Shown in pieces: positions 9,755 through 18,715 of a stretch of 64,000 bases of DNA (position 1 is the stretch's first letter; each line of letters starts with the position of its first letter). This DNA is from an uncultured Candidatus Saccharibacteria bacterium (lineage in GTDB: Bacteria > Patescibacteriota > Saccharimonadia > CAILAD01 > JADZBC01). The stretch covers positions 616 through 64,615 of the forward strand of contig CAYTBW010000002.1 in the NCBI GenBank assembly GCA_964436255.1. Direction: 5' to 3'. Under the pieces are notes generated by a model, which worked only from the letters and a program-made list of their open reading frames with translations, was not told the DNA's origin and made no database searches. The translations under genes and the position numbers were made by a program.

Positions 9755-10083
9755 TGTCACGCCGGCTCGAAAAAGTGGCAGCGCTTTTGCAGCAATATGC
9801 CGCTACTGTCCTGAACCAAGAGTTTGCTTTCCCAGGCCTTGCCACTTCCGTTACCAAGGTGGACGTAAGCCCAGACCTTAAGAACGCACGAGTGTATGTT
9901 GGCATGGTGGGCCGTGGGCGGGAAGAGGCAAAACCCCGTATAGAGAAGGCAGCGCCAGGGGCAATTGCTGCTTACCTCGCAACCCGCACCGATCTTCGCA
10001 CAGTGCCTCATATTAGGATAGTGTTTGATGACTCAGGTGAGTACGCAGAGCACATATCACAACTGATCGACGGCATAGAATAA
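9754..10083 (+). CDS. rbfA: Ribosome-binding factor A
   Basis: VTKVDVSPDLKNARVY, LRTVPHI.IVFD; follows infB. Confidence 0.92.
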   Translation: MSRRLEKVAALLQQYAATVLNQEFAFPGLATSVTKVDVSPDLKNARVYVGMVGRGREEAKPRIEKAAPGAIAAYLATRTDLRTVPHIRIVFDDSGEYAEHISQLIDGIE

Positions 10084-10120
10084 GATTGACGGCGTCAGCA
10101 TAAGCGTCTATCATAGCTGT

Positions 10121-10486
10121 ATGAGTAAAGTAGTTTTACTAGCCGAGGATAACGATTTTATCCGCAATATGTATCAGCTTAAGCTTTCCAAGGCAGGCCT
10201 GACTGTCGAAGAAGCAGTTGATGGCAAAATGGCCCTCGAAAAGATTAAAGCAAAGAAACCAGACTTATTGTTGTTAGATATGATGATGCCAAACATGAGC
10301 GGTATTGACGTGCTTAAGCAGCTCAACAAAGACAAGGTGATTCCAGACTTACCGGTAATCGTCCTTACTAACATCATGAACTCACAGGCGATTACGGAAG
10401 CTCGTGATCTTGGGGCTCGAGACTACATCATCAAGACCGACCTAACCCCTAGCCAAGTAATCGATAAGCTCAAGCCTTACCTATAA
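10121..10486 (+). CDS. Stand-alone CheY-like response regulator
   Basis: LLAEDN, LLLLDMMMP, VIVLTN, DYIIK. Confidence 0.92.
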   Translation: MSKVVLLAEDNDFIRNMYQLKLSKAGLTVEEAVDGKMALEKIKAKKPDLLLLDMMMPNMSGIDVLKQLNKDKVIPDLPVIVLTNIMNSQAITEARDLGARDYIIKTDLTPSQVIDKLKPYL

Positions 10487-10503
10487 AATATTGCAGTATC
10501 ACG

Positions 10504-10535
10504 GCTAAAAAGCGCCCAGACGGGCGCTTTTTAGC
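10504..10535. terminator. Bidirectional intrinsic terminator
   Basis: gctaaaaagcgccc-agac-gggcgctttttagc. Confidence 0.9.
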
Positions 10536-11471
10536 TTAACTTATTAGGTTTCTGTATCCGTTGGCGAAGCCCAGCGCGTCCATAGGCTTTTTGCCAGCTG
10601 GCTGGATTGAGTCAATCTGTAAACTCCCCTGCTTGCAGCCAAGCAGGAGCGTCTTGCCATCGCGGTTGATTTTGCCGATTGGGGTGGTTTTGCTAGTAGC
10701 TCTGGCCGACTTAACTGCAAGGAGAGTGCCTTGAACTGTAATGTAGCTACCTGGCCAGCCCTGGAACGCCCGTACTTGCCGTTCTAGTTCTAGGGCAGTC
10801 TTTTCGGCTGGTTTTAGTTCGCCCATCTCCTTATTGATCTTGCTACTATACGAGGCCGCTTCGTGGTTCTGCACCCTTGGCTTCATCTCTCCGCGAAGGT
10901 AGTCTGGGATTGCGTTGATGAGCATATCATTGCTGAGCCCTACTAGCTTGGGGGTAAGGCTGGCTACAGTTTCGTCGGGCGCAAGTTCGATCTCTTCTTG
11001 AACAAGAATGCCCCCCGTATCCATGCCTTCATCTACAAGCATTACGCTGACTCCTGTGGTGGTGTCTCCGGCTAGGATTGTCCACGTGATTGGATCGGCA
11101 CCACGCCATCTAGGCAGAAGGGAGAAGTGGCTGTTGAGAATGCCTTGCCTGAACCCCTGTATGACGCTCGCAGGGATGATGATTCCGTAGTCGACGACGA
11201 GACCTACAGGAGACTTGAATGCTTGCTTGTTGCATAGCTCTGCAAGCTCAGCCTTGTTCGCCGGCTGATAACAGGGCACGCCTTTTGCTTGAGCCCACAC
11301 TTTCACATTCGGGCTGACTGTGTGCCCTGAGCTGGTTACCAGGTCTGGTTTGGTAATTACGGCTTCGACCGAGATGTTGTCAGCGATACCTTCGAGTGTG
11401 GCGAGGCTAACTTCTCCGGTGCCGAAGAATACAATACTAGTGGCTATGGCCGAGTTCGTCATGGATGTCAT
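10536..11471 (-). CDS. fmt: Methionyl-tRNA formyltransferase
   Basis: IVFFGT, NSHFSLLPRWRGADPI, GMDTG; the start may be 11462. Confidence 0.95.
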   Translation of the reverse strand: MTSMTNSAIATSIVFFGTGEVSLATLEGIADNISVEAVITKPDLVTSSGHTVSPNVKVWAQAKGVPCYQPANKAELAELCNKQAFKSPVGLVVDYGIIIPASVIQGFRQGILNSHFSLLPRWRGADPITWTILAGDTTTGVSVMLVDEGMDTGGILVQEEIELAPDETVASLTPKLVGLSNDMLINAIPDYLRGEMKPRVQNHEAASYSSKINKEMGELKPAEKTALELERQVRAFQGWPGSYITVQGTLLAVKSARATSKTTPIGKINRDGKTLLLGCKQGSLQIDSIQPAGKKPMDALGFANGYRNLIS

Positions 11472-12003
11472 TAGGGATTTCCTTCATTGGTTTAAGCTGA
11501 CCGTGCTTGTCGACCGCCAGCAGCTTAGAGCTGTCCGTGACGTGGTCGAGGAATATAATGCCGTTCATATGGTCAATTTCGTGTTGGAACACGCGTGCAG
11601 GGAAGCCTTCGAGGGTCAGTCGAACCTGGTTGCCATCTACGTCTTGAGCTTTGACCTTGATTTTTAAGTGGCGCTTAACTTTGCCGTAAATCCCAGCTAC
11701 ACTCATGCAGCCTTCGACATCCTCGACCATCTCGTCGCTGGCCTTAACAATCTCGGGATTAATGTAGGTACTGAAGGCCTCGCCGTCACCGTGCTCGTAA
11801 TCATCGCGTACGACCGTGAGCCGCAGCAGTTCGCCAATCTGCACGGCCGCAAGCGCGGCACCGATTTCGCTTTCTTTGTCGTAATCAAGCGTGGTCTGGA
11901 TCATTTCTTCAGCCAGGGCTCGAATCGAGTCATCGACAAAACCAATCTTCTTTGACTTCATTCGGAGGACGCTATTGGGTATGTTGATAAGGTTACGGGG
12001 CAT
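11437..12003 (-). CDS. def: Peptide deformylase
   Basis: GAALAAVQIG, EGCMSV, QHEIDHMNG. Confidence 0.96.
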   Translation of the reverse strand: MPRNLINIPNSVLRMKSKKIGFVDDSIRALAEEMIQTTLDYDKESEIGAALAAVQIGELLRLTVVRDDYEHGDGEAFSTYINPEIVKASDEMVEDVEGCMSVAGIYGKVKRHLKIKVKAQDVDGNQVRLTLEGFPARVFQHEIDHMNGIIFLDHVTDSSKLLAVDKHGQLKPMKEIPNDIHDELGHSH

Positions 12004-12005
12004 GG

Positions 12006-13946
12006 CTATAGAAGGTTAATTGGGTCCAGGTCGTGCTTCCAGCCATTCTTGGCTTGGCGTGCAATCTCCACGAGGCTTTGCCTCTTGAGGGACTTTAAAA
12101 TGATTTGATACTGGTATTGGCCAGCGGTGCGCTTGACTGTCCGCTCGACCGGTCCGAGTACCGTTACTCCTGGGTAGGTCGTGCGGATTTCCTGTGCCAT
12201 TCGGCCAGCTTCGGCCACGGCCTTACTGGCATTACGATGACTATAGGATAATTTTACCAGATATGCGAAGGGCGGGTAAGCATGAGTTTTGCGATTCTTG
12301 ATCTCCCAGTCGTAAAAGGCTGCATAATCGTGCTTTGCGGCGGCCGCTACGGCAGGGTGGCCTGGCGAATGCGTCTGAATAATCACGCTACCCGTATGCT
12401 TGCCACGGCCCGCCCTGCCCGCAACCTGAGTGAGCAGATCAAAGGTTCGTTCACTCGAACTGAAGTCGGGTATCGCAAGCATGCTCTCGGTAAGAACGAC
12501 TCCTACTGTTGTGACATTGGGCAAATCCAGCCCGCGGGCAATCATTTGAGTGCCAATTACGATATCAATCTCGCCATTACGCAACTGCTCGTACACGGTA
12601 GTTAAATACTCCAGGGTTGCATTGTCGCTATCGAGCCGGCAGATATTGCTGTCTGGAAACAGACTTATAACCTCTTGCTCGATACGCTTGGTGCCCGTTC
12701 CTACAAAGTGCATGTGGTGGTTATTGCAGTCGGGGCAGGTGTTGGGCGGGAGCTCGCTGAATCCGCAGTAATGACACAGGAGTCGAGCCAAGTCGGCGTG
12801 GAAGGTCAGACTCGTGTCGCAGCGTAGGCACGTCTGAATGTGCCCACAGTCTTCGCACAGCATAGCACTGGCGCTACCACGACGGTTTAGGAATAGAATG
12901 GTCTGCTTGCCGGCCTTAAGCGTAGCTTTCATTTTGTTCACCAGCTGGGGGCTTAAGCTCATGCCCGGATCAAGTTTAATAATATCTACACCAGGTAGTT
13001 CGGCGCCCAGGGCCCGATCATTGAGCTGTATGTAGTCTATACGCCCGGCTTCGGCGGCATGGCGAGCATAGATTGACGGCGTTGCGCTTCCAAGCACAAA
13101 CGGCGCCTTCGTAAGGCGGGATAGCTGGGCTACAACGGTATTTACCTGGTAGGTAGGGGCATTATCCTGTTTGTAGCTCGATTCGTGCTCTTCATCTACA
13201 ATAATTACTCCAAGGTTGTGAATAGGCAGGAATAGGGCCGACCGTGGGCCCAAATACACCTGCGGCCGATCAGCCGCCAGAGCCTCGTGCCATATCTTTT
13301 TACGGCGGGCAGGCGTGAGTTTGGAGTGGCTCACTACAAGTCGATCGCCAAAATGCACCCCAAGCCTTTCGACCATTTGTGGGGTGAGGGCGATTTCAGG
13401 GACGAGCACAATGGCCGACTTGCCTTCATTTATGATCTTCTTGATAAGCTCAATGTAGACCTCAGTCTTTCCTGAGCCCGTGATGCCGTGCAGTAGGTAG
13501 CCTGAATGGTTGCGCTTAAGGATTCGGGCAAGCGCCTGCTCTTGGTCCTTGTTTAGGGTAATGGCCTGCTCGGCGTGTTCGGAGCCCTTGGCTACCGACT
13601 TTAGCTCGGGGGCTTGGGCAAGCCCAGAGGGTAGGATGGTTCGCCACACCGAGCTGGCACTCGCTGCATAGTATCCCATCATCCAGCTCGCAAGCTTGAG
13701 AATGTGTGCGGGGAGCGGTTTCGCCTCCAGCCTGCCAACTATCGTTAATGTACTTGCGGTTGGCCGGTCATTGCTGTCGTCTGCTGTTGGGATTTCCATG
13801 ACTACCCCAAGCGTTTCTTTGCTACCAAATGACACCTTGACTACTTGCCCTGTCATTGTGTTACCGTCATCTAGGTCGTAATAGTCAAAGAGTTTTGGGG
13901 CTTTGCCGGGGTAGGATGCAACAGATATGGATAGGAGTTTTTTCAT
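12006..13946 (-). CDS. priA: Primosomal protein N' (replication-restart helicase)
   Basis: GITGSGKTEVY, DEEHE, four CxxC pairs, QVAGRAGR. Confidence 0.97.
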   Translation of the reverse strand: MKKLLSISVASYPGKAPKLFDYYDLDDGNTMTGQVVKVSFGSKETLGVVMEIPTADDSNDRPTASTLTIVGRLEAKPLPAHILKLASWMMGYYAASASSVWRTILPSGLAQAPELKSVAKGSEHAEQAITLNKDQEQALARILKRNHSGYLLHGITGSGKTEVYIELIKKIINEGKSAIVLVPEIALTPQMVERLGVHFGDRLVVSHSKLTPARRKKIWHEALAADRPQVYLGPRSALFLPIHNLGVIIVDEEHESSYKQDNAPTYQVNTVVAQLSRLTKAPFVLGSATPSIYARHAAEAGRIDYIQLNDRALGAELPGVDIIKLDPGMSLSPQLVNKMKATLKAGKQTILFLNRRGSASAMLCEDCGHIQTCLRCDTSLTFHADLARLLCHYCGFSELPPNTCPDCNNHHMHFVGTGTKRIEQEVISLFPDSNICRLDSDNATLEYLTTVYEQLRNGEIDIVIGTQMIARGLDLPNVTTVGVVLTESMLAIPDFSSSERTFDLLTQVAGRAGRGKHTGSVIIQTHSPGHPAVAAAAKHDYAAFYDWEIKNRKTHAYPPFAYLVKLSYSHRNASKAVAEAGRMAQEIRTTYPGVTVLGPVERTVKRTAGQYQYQIILKSLKRQSLVEIARQAKNGWKHDLDPINLL

Positions 13947-14110
13947 AGTAATTGTATAAAATTAGTATTCAGTATGACAAGATGTTGTTATGCTAGGCTT
14001 TATGTACTCAGCGGTCTGGATTAATGTGTTCAGGCTTTGGGTCGTATTGTGTTTTTGTCTTAGTCCGGCTAGTATCGAATATATATGTTCGCAACCAAAC
14101 AACTACACTC

Positions 14111-15427
14111 ATGAACATCAGAACGAAATTCTATCTCATTATAGCACTGACCCTATTTGCTGCCGTGATTGCTTTGCCGCGGGAGGATAGAGTGTTTTCT
14201 GCATTAGGTATAAAGGACGGGGCTTTGAAGGTGCGTCAGGGCCTAGATCTACAAGGCGGCGCGAGCCTTACCTATCAAGCCGACCTCTCGAAGCTGAAAG
14301 CCGAAGAGAAGCAAAAGGCTATAGCCGGCGTGATTGATGTAGTAAATAAACGTGTAAACCCAAGTGGTACCAGCGAGGTAGTAATTCAGACCAGCGGCAG
14401 TGACCGCGTGTCGGTACAGCTACCAGGTGTGACCGATGTAAACCAGGCAATTGCACTCATAGGCAAGACAGCAAAATTGGAATTTTACCGCGTCCCTTCT
14501 GGCAGCACCACCCCTGTGCCGACTCAGATAAGCGGTAAAGACCTCGCGAGCGTAGCAGTCGATTTTGATCCGCAGAGCGCTCAGCCGGTCGTAAGCTTTG
14601 AGTTGAAAGGCGGGGATGCTACGAAGAAGTTTGCCGAACTAACCACGCAGATCAATAAAGAGAGCGGCCGCTTGGCAATCGTGCTTGACGGCCAGGCGCT
14701 GTTTAACGGTACGGTTTCGACGCCAATCACTGATGGCCGAGGTCAACTCCAAGGCTTCGAGAGCTTAAAGGTAGCTCAGGAAACCTCAGTGCTCCTAAAC
14801 GCCGGAGCTTTGCCAGTGCCCGTTAAACTCGTAGAACAGCGCACTGTGGGCGCCACTCTCGGTTCAGAATCAATCACCAAGAGCTTAGTGGCGGGCTTAA
14901 TCGGCATCTTGGCCGTTATGACCTTTATGATCGCTTACTACCGTCTGGCCGGCGTTGTGGCTAGTATCGCCCTGGTAATCTATACGCTCATTAACCTCGC
15001 GTACTTTAAGTTTAGTGCCTTCATGCCTGGCTTCTTTATCTTTAGTCCTATCGTGCTTACTCTGGCAGGTATAGCGGGCTTCATCTTGAGTGTGGGTATG
15101 GCGGTGGATGCCAACATTTTGATCTTTGAGCGTATGAAGGAAGAAGTGCGTAATGGTAAAGACATGTCTGCGGCACTTAAGGCCGGCTTCAGCCGTGCGT
15201 GGGACAGTATTCGTGATTCGAACATATCTACGTTGATTACGTGTTTAATTCTGTACTGGTTCGGCGTACCGATCATTAAGGGCTTTGCAGTAACGCTAGG
15301 TCTTGGGGTAATCATCAGCATGTTTACAGCCATCACCGTATCCAGGACTCTCATGGGCATGCTCATTACCACCAAAGTTGGCCAGAACCCTCGTAATTAT
15401 GGCTATACAGAGGAGGGCAAATCATGA
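14111..15427 (+). CDS. secD: Protein translocase subunit SecD
   Basis: GLDLQGG, LLNAGALPVP, GMAVDANILIFER. Confidence 0.97.
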   Translation: MNIRTKFYLIIALTLFAAVIALPREDRVFSALGIKDGALKVRQGLDLQGGASLTYQADLSKLKAEEKQKAIAGVIDVVNKRVNPSGTSEVVIQTSGSDRVSVQLPGVTDVNQAIALIGKTAKLEFYRVPSGSTTPVPTQISGKDLASVAVDFDPQSAQPVVSFELKGGDATKKFAELTTQINKESGRLAIVLDGQALFNGTVSTPITDGRGQLQGFESLKVAQETSVLLNAGALPVPVKLVEQRTVGATLGSESITKSLVAGLIGILAVMTFMIAYYRLAGVVASIALVIYTLINLAYFKFSAFMPGFFIFSPIVLTLAGIAGFILSVGMAVDANILIFERMKEEVRNGKDMSAALKAGFSRAWDSIRDSNISTLITCLILYWFGVPIIKGFAVTLGLGVIISMFTAITVSRTLMGMLITTKVGQNPRNYGYTEEGKS

Positions 15428-16338
15428 ATATAGTTGGTCGACGTAAGCTGTGGTTTACCATCTCGCTGGTAATGATAATCCCAGGTATGATTTCGCTTGC
15501 GCTTTGGGGACTAAAGCTTGGCATTGATTTCCGGGGTGGTCAGGAAATGGAGCTACGCGGCGGTCAGGATCAGGCAAAGGTCCGAACTATATTCGTGAGT
15601 TCTGGTGCTGATGACGTGACAGTAACTACTACGGGCAATGGTGGACTACTCATTCGCTACCGCAGTGATGAAAAGGATGCTAAGAAGTCAGACGAAAAGA
15701 TTAAGCAAGACCTGAGTAAGGCCGGCTACGTCCAGGTATCGTTTAGCTCAGTCGGGCCGTCTGTGAGTAAGGACATCACTCGCAATGCGCTTATTAGTAT
15801 CTTCTTGGCCTCACTCGCTATCTTGCTCTACATTGCCTTTGCCTTCCGCAATGCGCCACCACCAGTGAGCCCTTGGAGCTTTGGTGGATCCGCGATTATC
15901 GCCATGCTTCATGACGCATTACTCTTGATTGGTCTGTTTTCGATCCTCGGCCACTTCTTTGGCGTACAGGTGGATAGCTTGTTTGTAACTGCAGTACTTA
16001 CGGTAATTGGATTCTCTGTGCACGACACCATCGTGGTGTTTGACCGTGTGCGCGAGAACTTGCGGCGCTATAACAAGCCATTTGACGAAGTAGTGAATCT
16101 GAGCGTGAACGAAACGCTGGCTAGGTCTCTGAACACCTCCATTACCGTCATCCTGACCCTAACGGCACTCTTGCTGTTCGGTGGTGAATCAATCCGACTC
16201 TTCGTACTCGCTTTGCTGGTAGGAATTATTTCTGGGACGTTCTCATCAATCTTCAACGCGTCACCAATGCTGGTAGTTTGGAACAACCGAAAACTCAAGC
16301 AAAAAGCTAAAAGAGAGCAAGCAGCCAAGAAGAAGTAG
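15424..16338 (+). CDS. secF: Protein translocase subunit SecF
   Basis: LGIDFRGG, GFSVHDTIVVFDRVREN. Confidence 0.97.
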   Translation: MNIVGRRKLWFTISLVMIIPGMISLALWGLKLGIDFRGGQEMELRGGQDQAKVRTIFVSSGADDVTVTTTGNGGLLIRYRSDEKDAKKSDEKIKQDLSKAGYVQVSFSSVGPSVSKDITRNALISIFLASLAILLYIAFAFRNAPPPVSPWSFGGSAIIAMLHDALLLIGLFSILGHFFGVQVDSLFVTAVLTVIGFSVHDTIVVFDRVRENLRRYNKPFDEVVNLSVNETLARSLNTSITVILTLTALLLFGGESIRLFVLALLVGIISGTFSSIFNASPMLVVWNNRKLKQKAKREQAAKKK

Positions 16339-16348
16339 GGCAAATCTA

Positions 16349-16843
16349 GTGAAAGATAGTCTCAGCGTTTATATCGGCCCAGGCAGATTGGCCGGTAGAG
16401 CTGTTTATGCGGCTCGGGACTTTCAAGAAGGCGAGATGGTGAAGAGCTGGGACTTGCGGGAGCTAAACCAGGCCGAGTATGATGCGCTCCCACAAAATGA
16501 GCGCATGTTCGTGCATTCATTCTGGGGCAAGATGTATTTATTCCCAGAGCCATCGCGCTATACCAACCACTCTGCGGATCCGAATACACATGCAGATATG
16601 GGGAAGATGTGCGATTATGCTTTGCGCCCGATAGCGAAGGGGGAGATGATTACCACGAATGCAACTCTCGAGATCTGGAATGAACTCAAGACGTTCGTTG
16701 GGGCTCTTGAGGGCACACGAGTATCTGAATTCGAGTGGATAACGGGCGGATATAGGAATGCCGCGGTACGTTACATGGTTAGCGGGAAAGCTAAAAGTCT
16801 CCGCCTACGAAGAGTGGATGGTAATTGGCGTGTGGTCGATTAA
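16349..16843 (+). CDS. SET-domain protein
   Basis: GRAVYAARDF..GE, RYTNHSADPN, ALRPIAKGEMIT. Confidence 0.85.
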   Translation: MKDSLSVYIGPGRLAGRAVYAARDFQEGEMVKSWDLRELNQAEYDALPQNERMFVHSFWGKMYLFPEPSRYTNHSADPNTHADMGKMCDYALRPIAKGEMITTNATLEIWNELKTFVGALEGTRVSEFEWITGGYRNAAVRYMVSGKAKSLRLRRVDGNWRVVD

Positions 16844-16849
16844 CAGCTT

Positions 16850-18046
16850 CTATTTACTACGGACAATGTAGTAGCCGTCTTGAGCGTCAGGGTCGGCGCT
16901 GTCTTCTAGCTTGGCAGCTATGGTGAAGGTTGATCCATCGGACTTATATGCGTATTTGATCTTGGTTTCCGGAGTGCTGGATGGATCGTAGTTGATTATC
17001 GTGATGTAGGGAGGGGTAGTGTACTGCAACGGGTAAATGACCTTGATGTCATCGCCAGCTGGATATGTGCCCTGCTGCTGCTTGTAAACCTCTAATGCTG
17101 CCGAGATGGTATTTAGGTCGTCTTTACGCTTTTGATCGCGTGCGGTGGCCTCTGGTGACGCCTCAGGGGGTCCGGGGACTTGCGGCTGATTGGCGTTCGT
17201 CGCAGCTGGCACTACCTGGTTCCTGTTTTGGCGAGAGAGCATCCATACCCCAATTGCGGCCACAAGTGCTAAGCATAGAATGGTTCCAATCAGCAGGGTC
17301 GCTTGTTTGCCCTTGGGTTTCTTTGAGGCCGAGTCAGTTTTGGCCGCCTGCTCATCCCTGGCCATAGGTGGCTTGACTTGTGGTTCTGGGGCTTTCTCTG
17401 CTTGGTTCTGGTTAACTGCAGTACTACTCGCTGAATCTGCCGGGCTGGTCTGGTCAACACCTCGCTCCGCGATCTCTTCGGCTAGCTCATAGGCCATGGT
17501 GTGCTTTGAGGCCTCGACTTCTTCCTGCGTAAATGGCACAGGTGTCGGGGGTTTTTCGACGAGCTCTTGCTGGGGCAGCTCTGGGCGGTCAAGTTTCGAG
17601 AGCAGGGCTGCTTGGCTTAACTCCGAGTCGAGATTAGGTTGTTCGATTGGGCTTTTTAGCTCAGGGCCAGAGAATGAGTTTGGCAATTCTGGACCATCGA
17701 GCTTGCTTGGTAGTTCAGGGACAACCAGGCGCTTTAGGCGTGCTTTGAGCCGATGCCGGAAGCGCAAGGCGTCTTGCTTAGTTACTGTCTGTGTCATTGG
17801 GACGTTCTGAGCCGGGTCGGGCACTTGTGCTGGTGTGTGCTCAGTAGTGGGGGTGGGCGGGAACGGATCTTCCGAAAGGGTTGGCGTTGCATGAACTGCA
17901 GCGTGGGTATGCATGGGCTGTGAGGGGATAGGGTGCTCGTGTTTAACCAGGGTCCCGCACTCCATACAGACGTCACCAACGGCAGTATGAACCATTGGCT
18001 GCTTGCAGGTCGGGCAGGGTGGAGGGGTGTGTGGGTCTTCGATCAT
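16850..18046 (-). CDS. Membrane protein: Zn ribbon, Pro-rich linker, TM helix and GspG/pilin-like globular domain
   Basis: CPTC..CMEC; TM; 'ARDQKRKDDLNTISAALEVYKQQQGTYP..DP..Y.Y..F.I.AKLE'. Confidence 0.65.
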   Translation of the reverse strand: MIEDPHTPPPCPTCKQPMVHTAVGDVCMECGTLVKHEHPIPSQPMHTHAAVHATPTLSEDPFPPTPTTEHTPAQVPDPAQNVPMTQTVTKQDALRFRHRLKARLKRLVVPELPSKLDGPELPNSFSGPELKSPIEQPNLDSELSQAALLSKLDRPELPQQELVEKPPTPVPFTQEEVEASKHTMAYELAEEIAERGVDQTSPADSASSTAVNQNQAEKAPEPQVKPPMARDEQAAKTDSASKKPKGKQATLLIGTILCLALVAAIGVWMLSRQNRNQVVPAATNANQPQVPGPPEASPEATARDQKRKDDLNTISAALEVYKQQQGTYPAGDDIKVIYPLQYTTPPYITIINYDPSSTPETKIKYAYKSDGSTFTIAAKLEDSADPDAQDGYYIVRSK

Positions 18047-18213
18047 GATAATTCTTACGTTTATTATACCGATTATTAGGTTATTTGCCCAGAAACATAA
18101 CAATAAAGAAAAAAATTGTTCAAAAAACTGTTGTGTTTTAGACTGTTGTAGATTTATACTAAGTAGTAAGTAATTTAAGTTATAAACAAAGAAAAAGTTG
18201 ATAAAAAAACAAT

Positions 18214-18486
18214 ATGCTAAAGCTCTTCATAACATCAAAAACAAGACGAAAAATCATCACGATTTACAGTAAATATCCTGACTACCGGGTGCACGTACGT
18301 GGCCTGGCAAAGATTTTGCGTGAAGACCCGGGCAACATCCAACGCGAGCTTGCTCGCATGGAGAAGATTGGCTATGTAAAGTCTGCCAAAGAAGGCAACG
18401 CCAAGGTTTACTGGGTAAATCAGCAGTTCCTCCTCTTTAAAGAGCTGCAAAGTATGGTTCTAAAAACATCAAGGAAGAAGTCATAA
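18214..18486 (+). CDS. Winged-helix (ArsR-like) transcriptional regulator
   Basis: SKTRRKII..HVRGLAKIL..GNIQREL..G..K..GNAKVY..N..F..FKELQ. Confidence 0.8.
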   Translation: MLKLFITSKTRRKIITIYSKYPDYRVHVRGLAKILREDPGNIQRELARMEKIGYVKSAKEGNAKVYWVNQQFLLFKELQSMVLKTSRKKS

Positions 18487-18489
18487 ACA

Positions 18490-18675
18490 ATGAGTATCCT
18501 CGTAAAAATCAAAAATCAATTCACCAAACAAGACATATACCGACAAAAGGCAGAGAAGATGGCTCAAACACAACAGTTTTTGCACGCTCACCGTCAGGCC
18601 TATCGTTCGGAAGCGCCGCTAGGGTTTAAGACTCGATCGGAAAGTAGCTACCACTTAGCTCGCGCTAGCAGGTAG
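18490..18675 (+). CDS. Hypothetical small basic protein
   Basis: 61-aa ORF starting 3 nt after the HTH gene stop. Confidence 0.5.
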   Translation: MSILVKIKNQFTKQDIYRQKAEKMAQTQQFLHAHRQAYRSEAPLGFKTRSESSYHLARASR

Positions 18676-18715
18676 ACCTGTTTAGCGCAGGTAGATAATC
18701 CTCTATACTGAGGAC

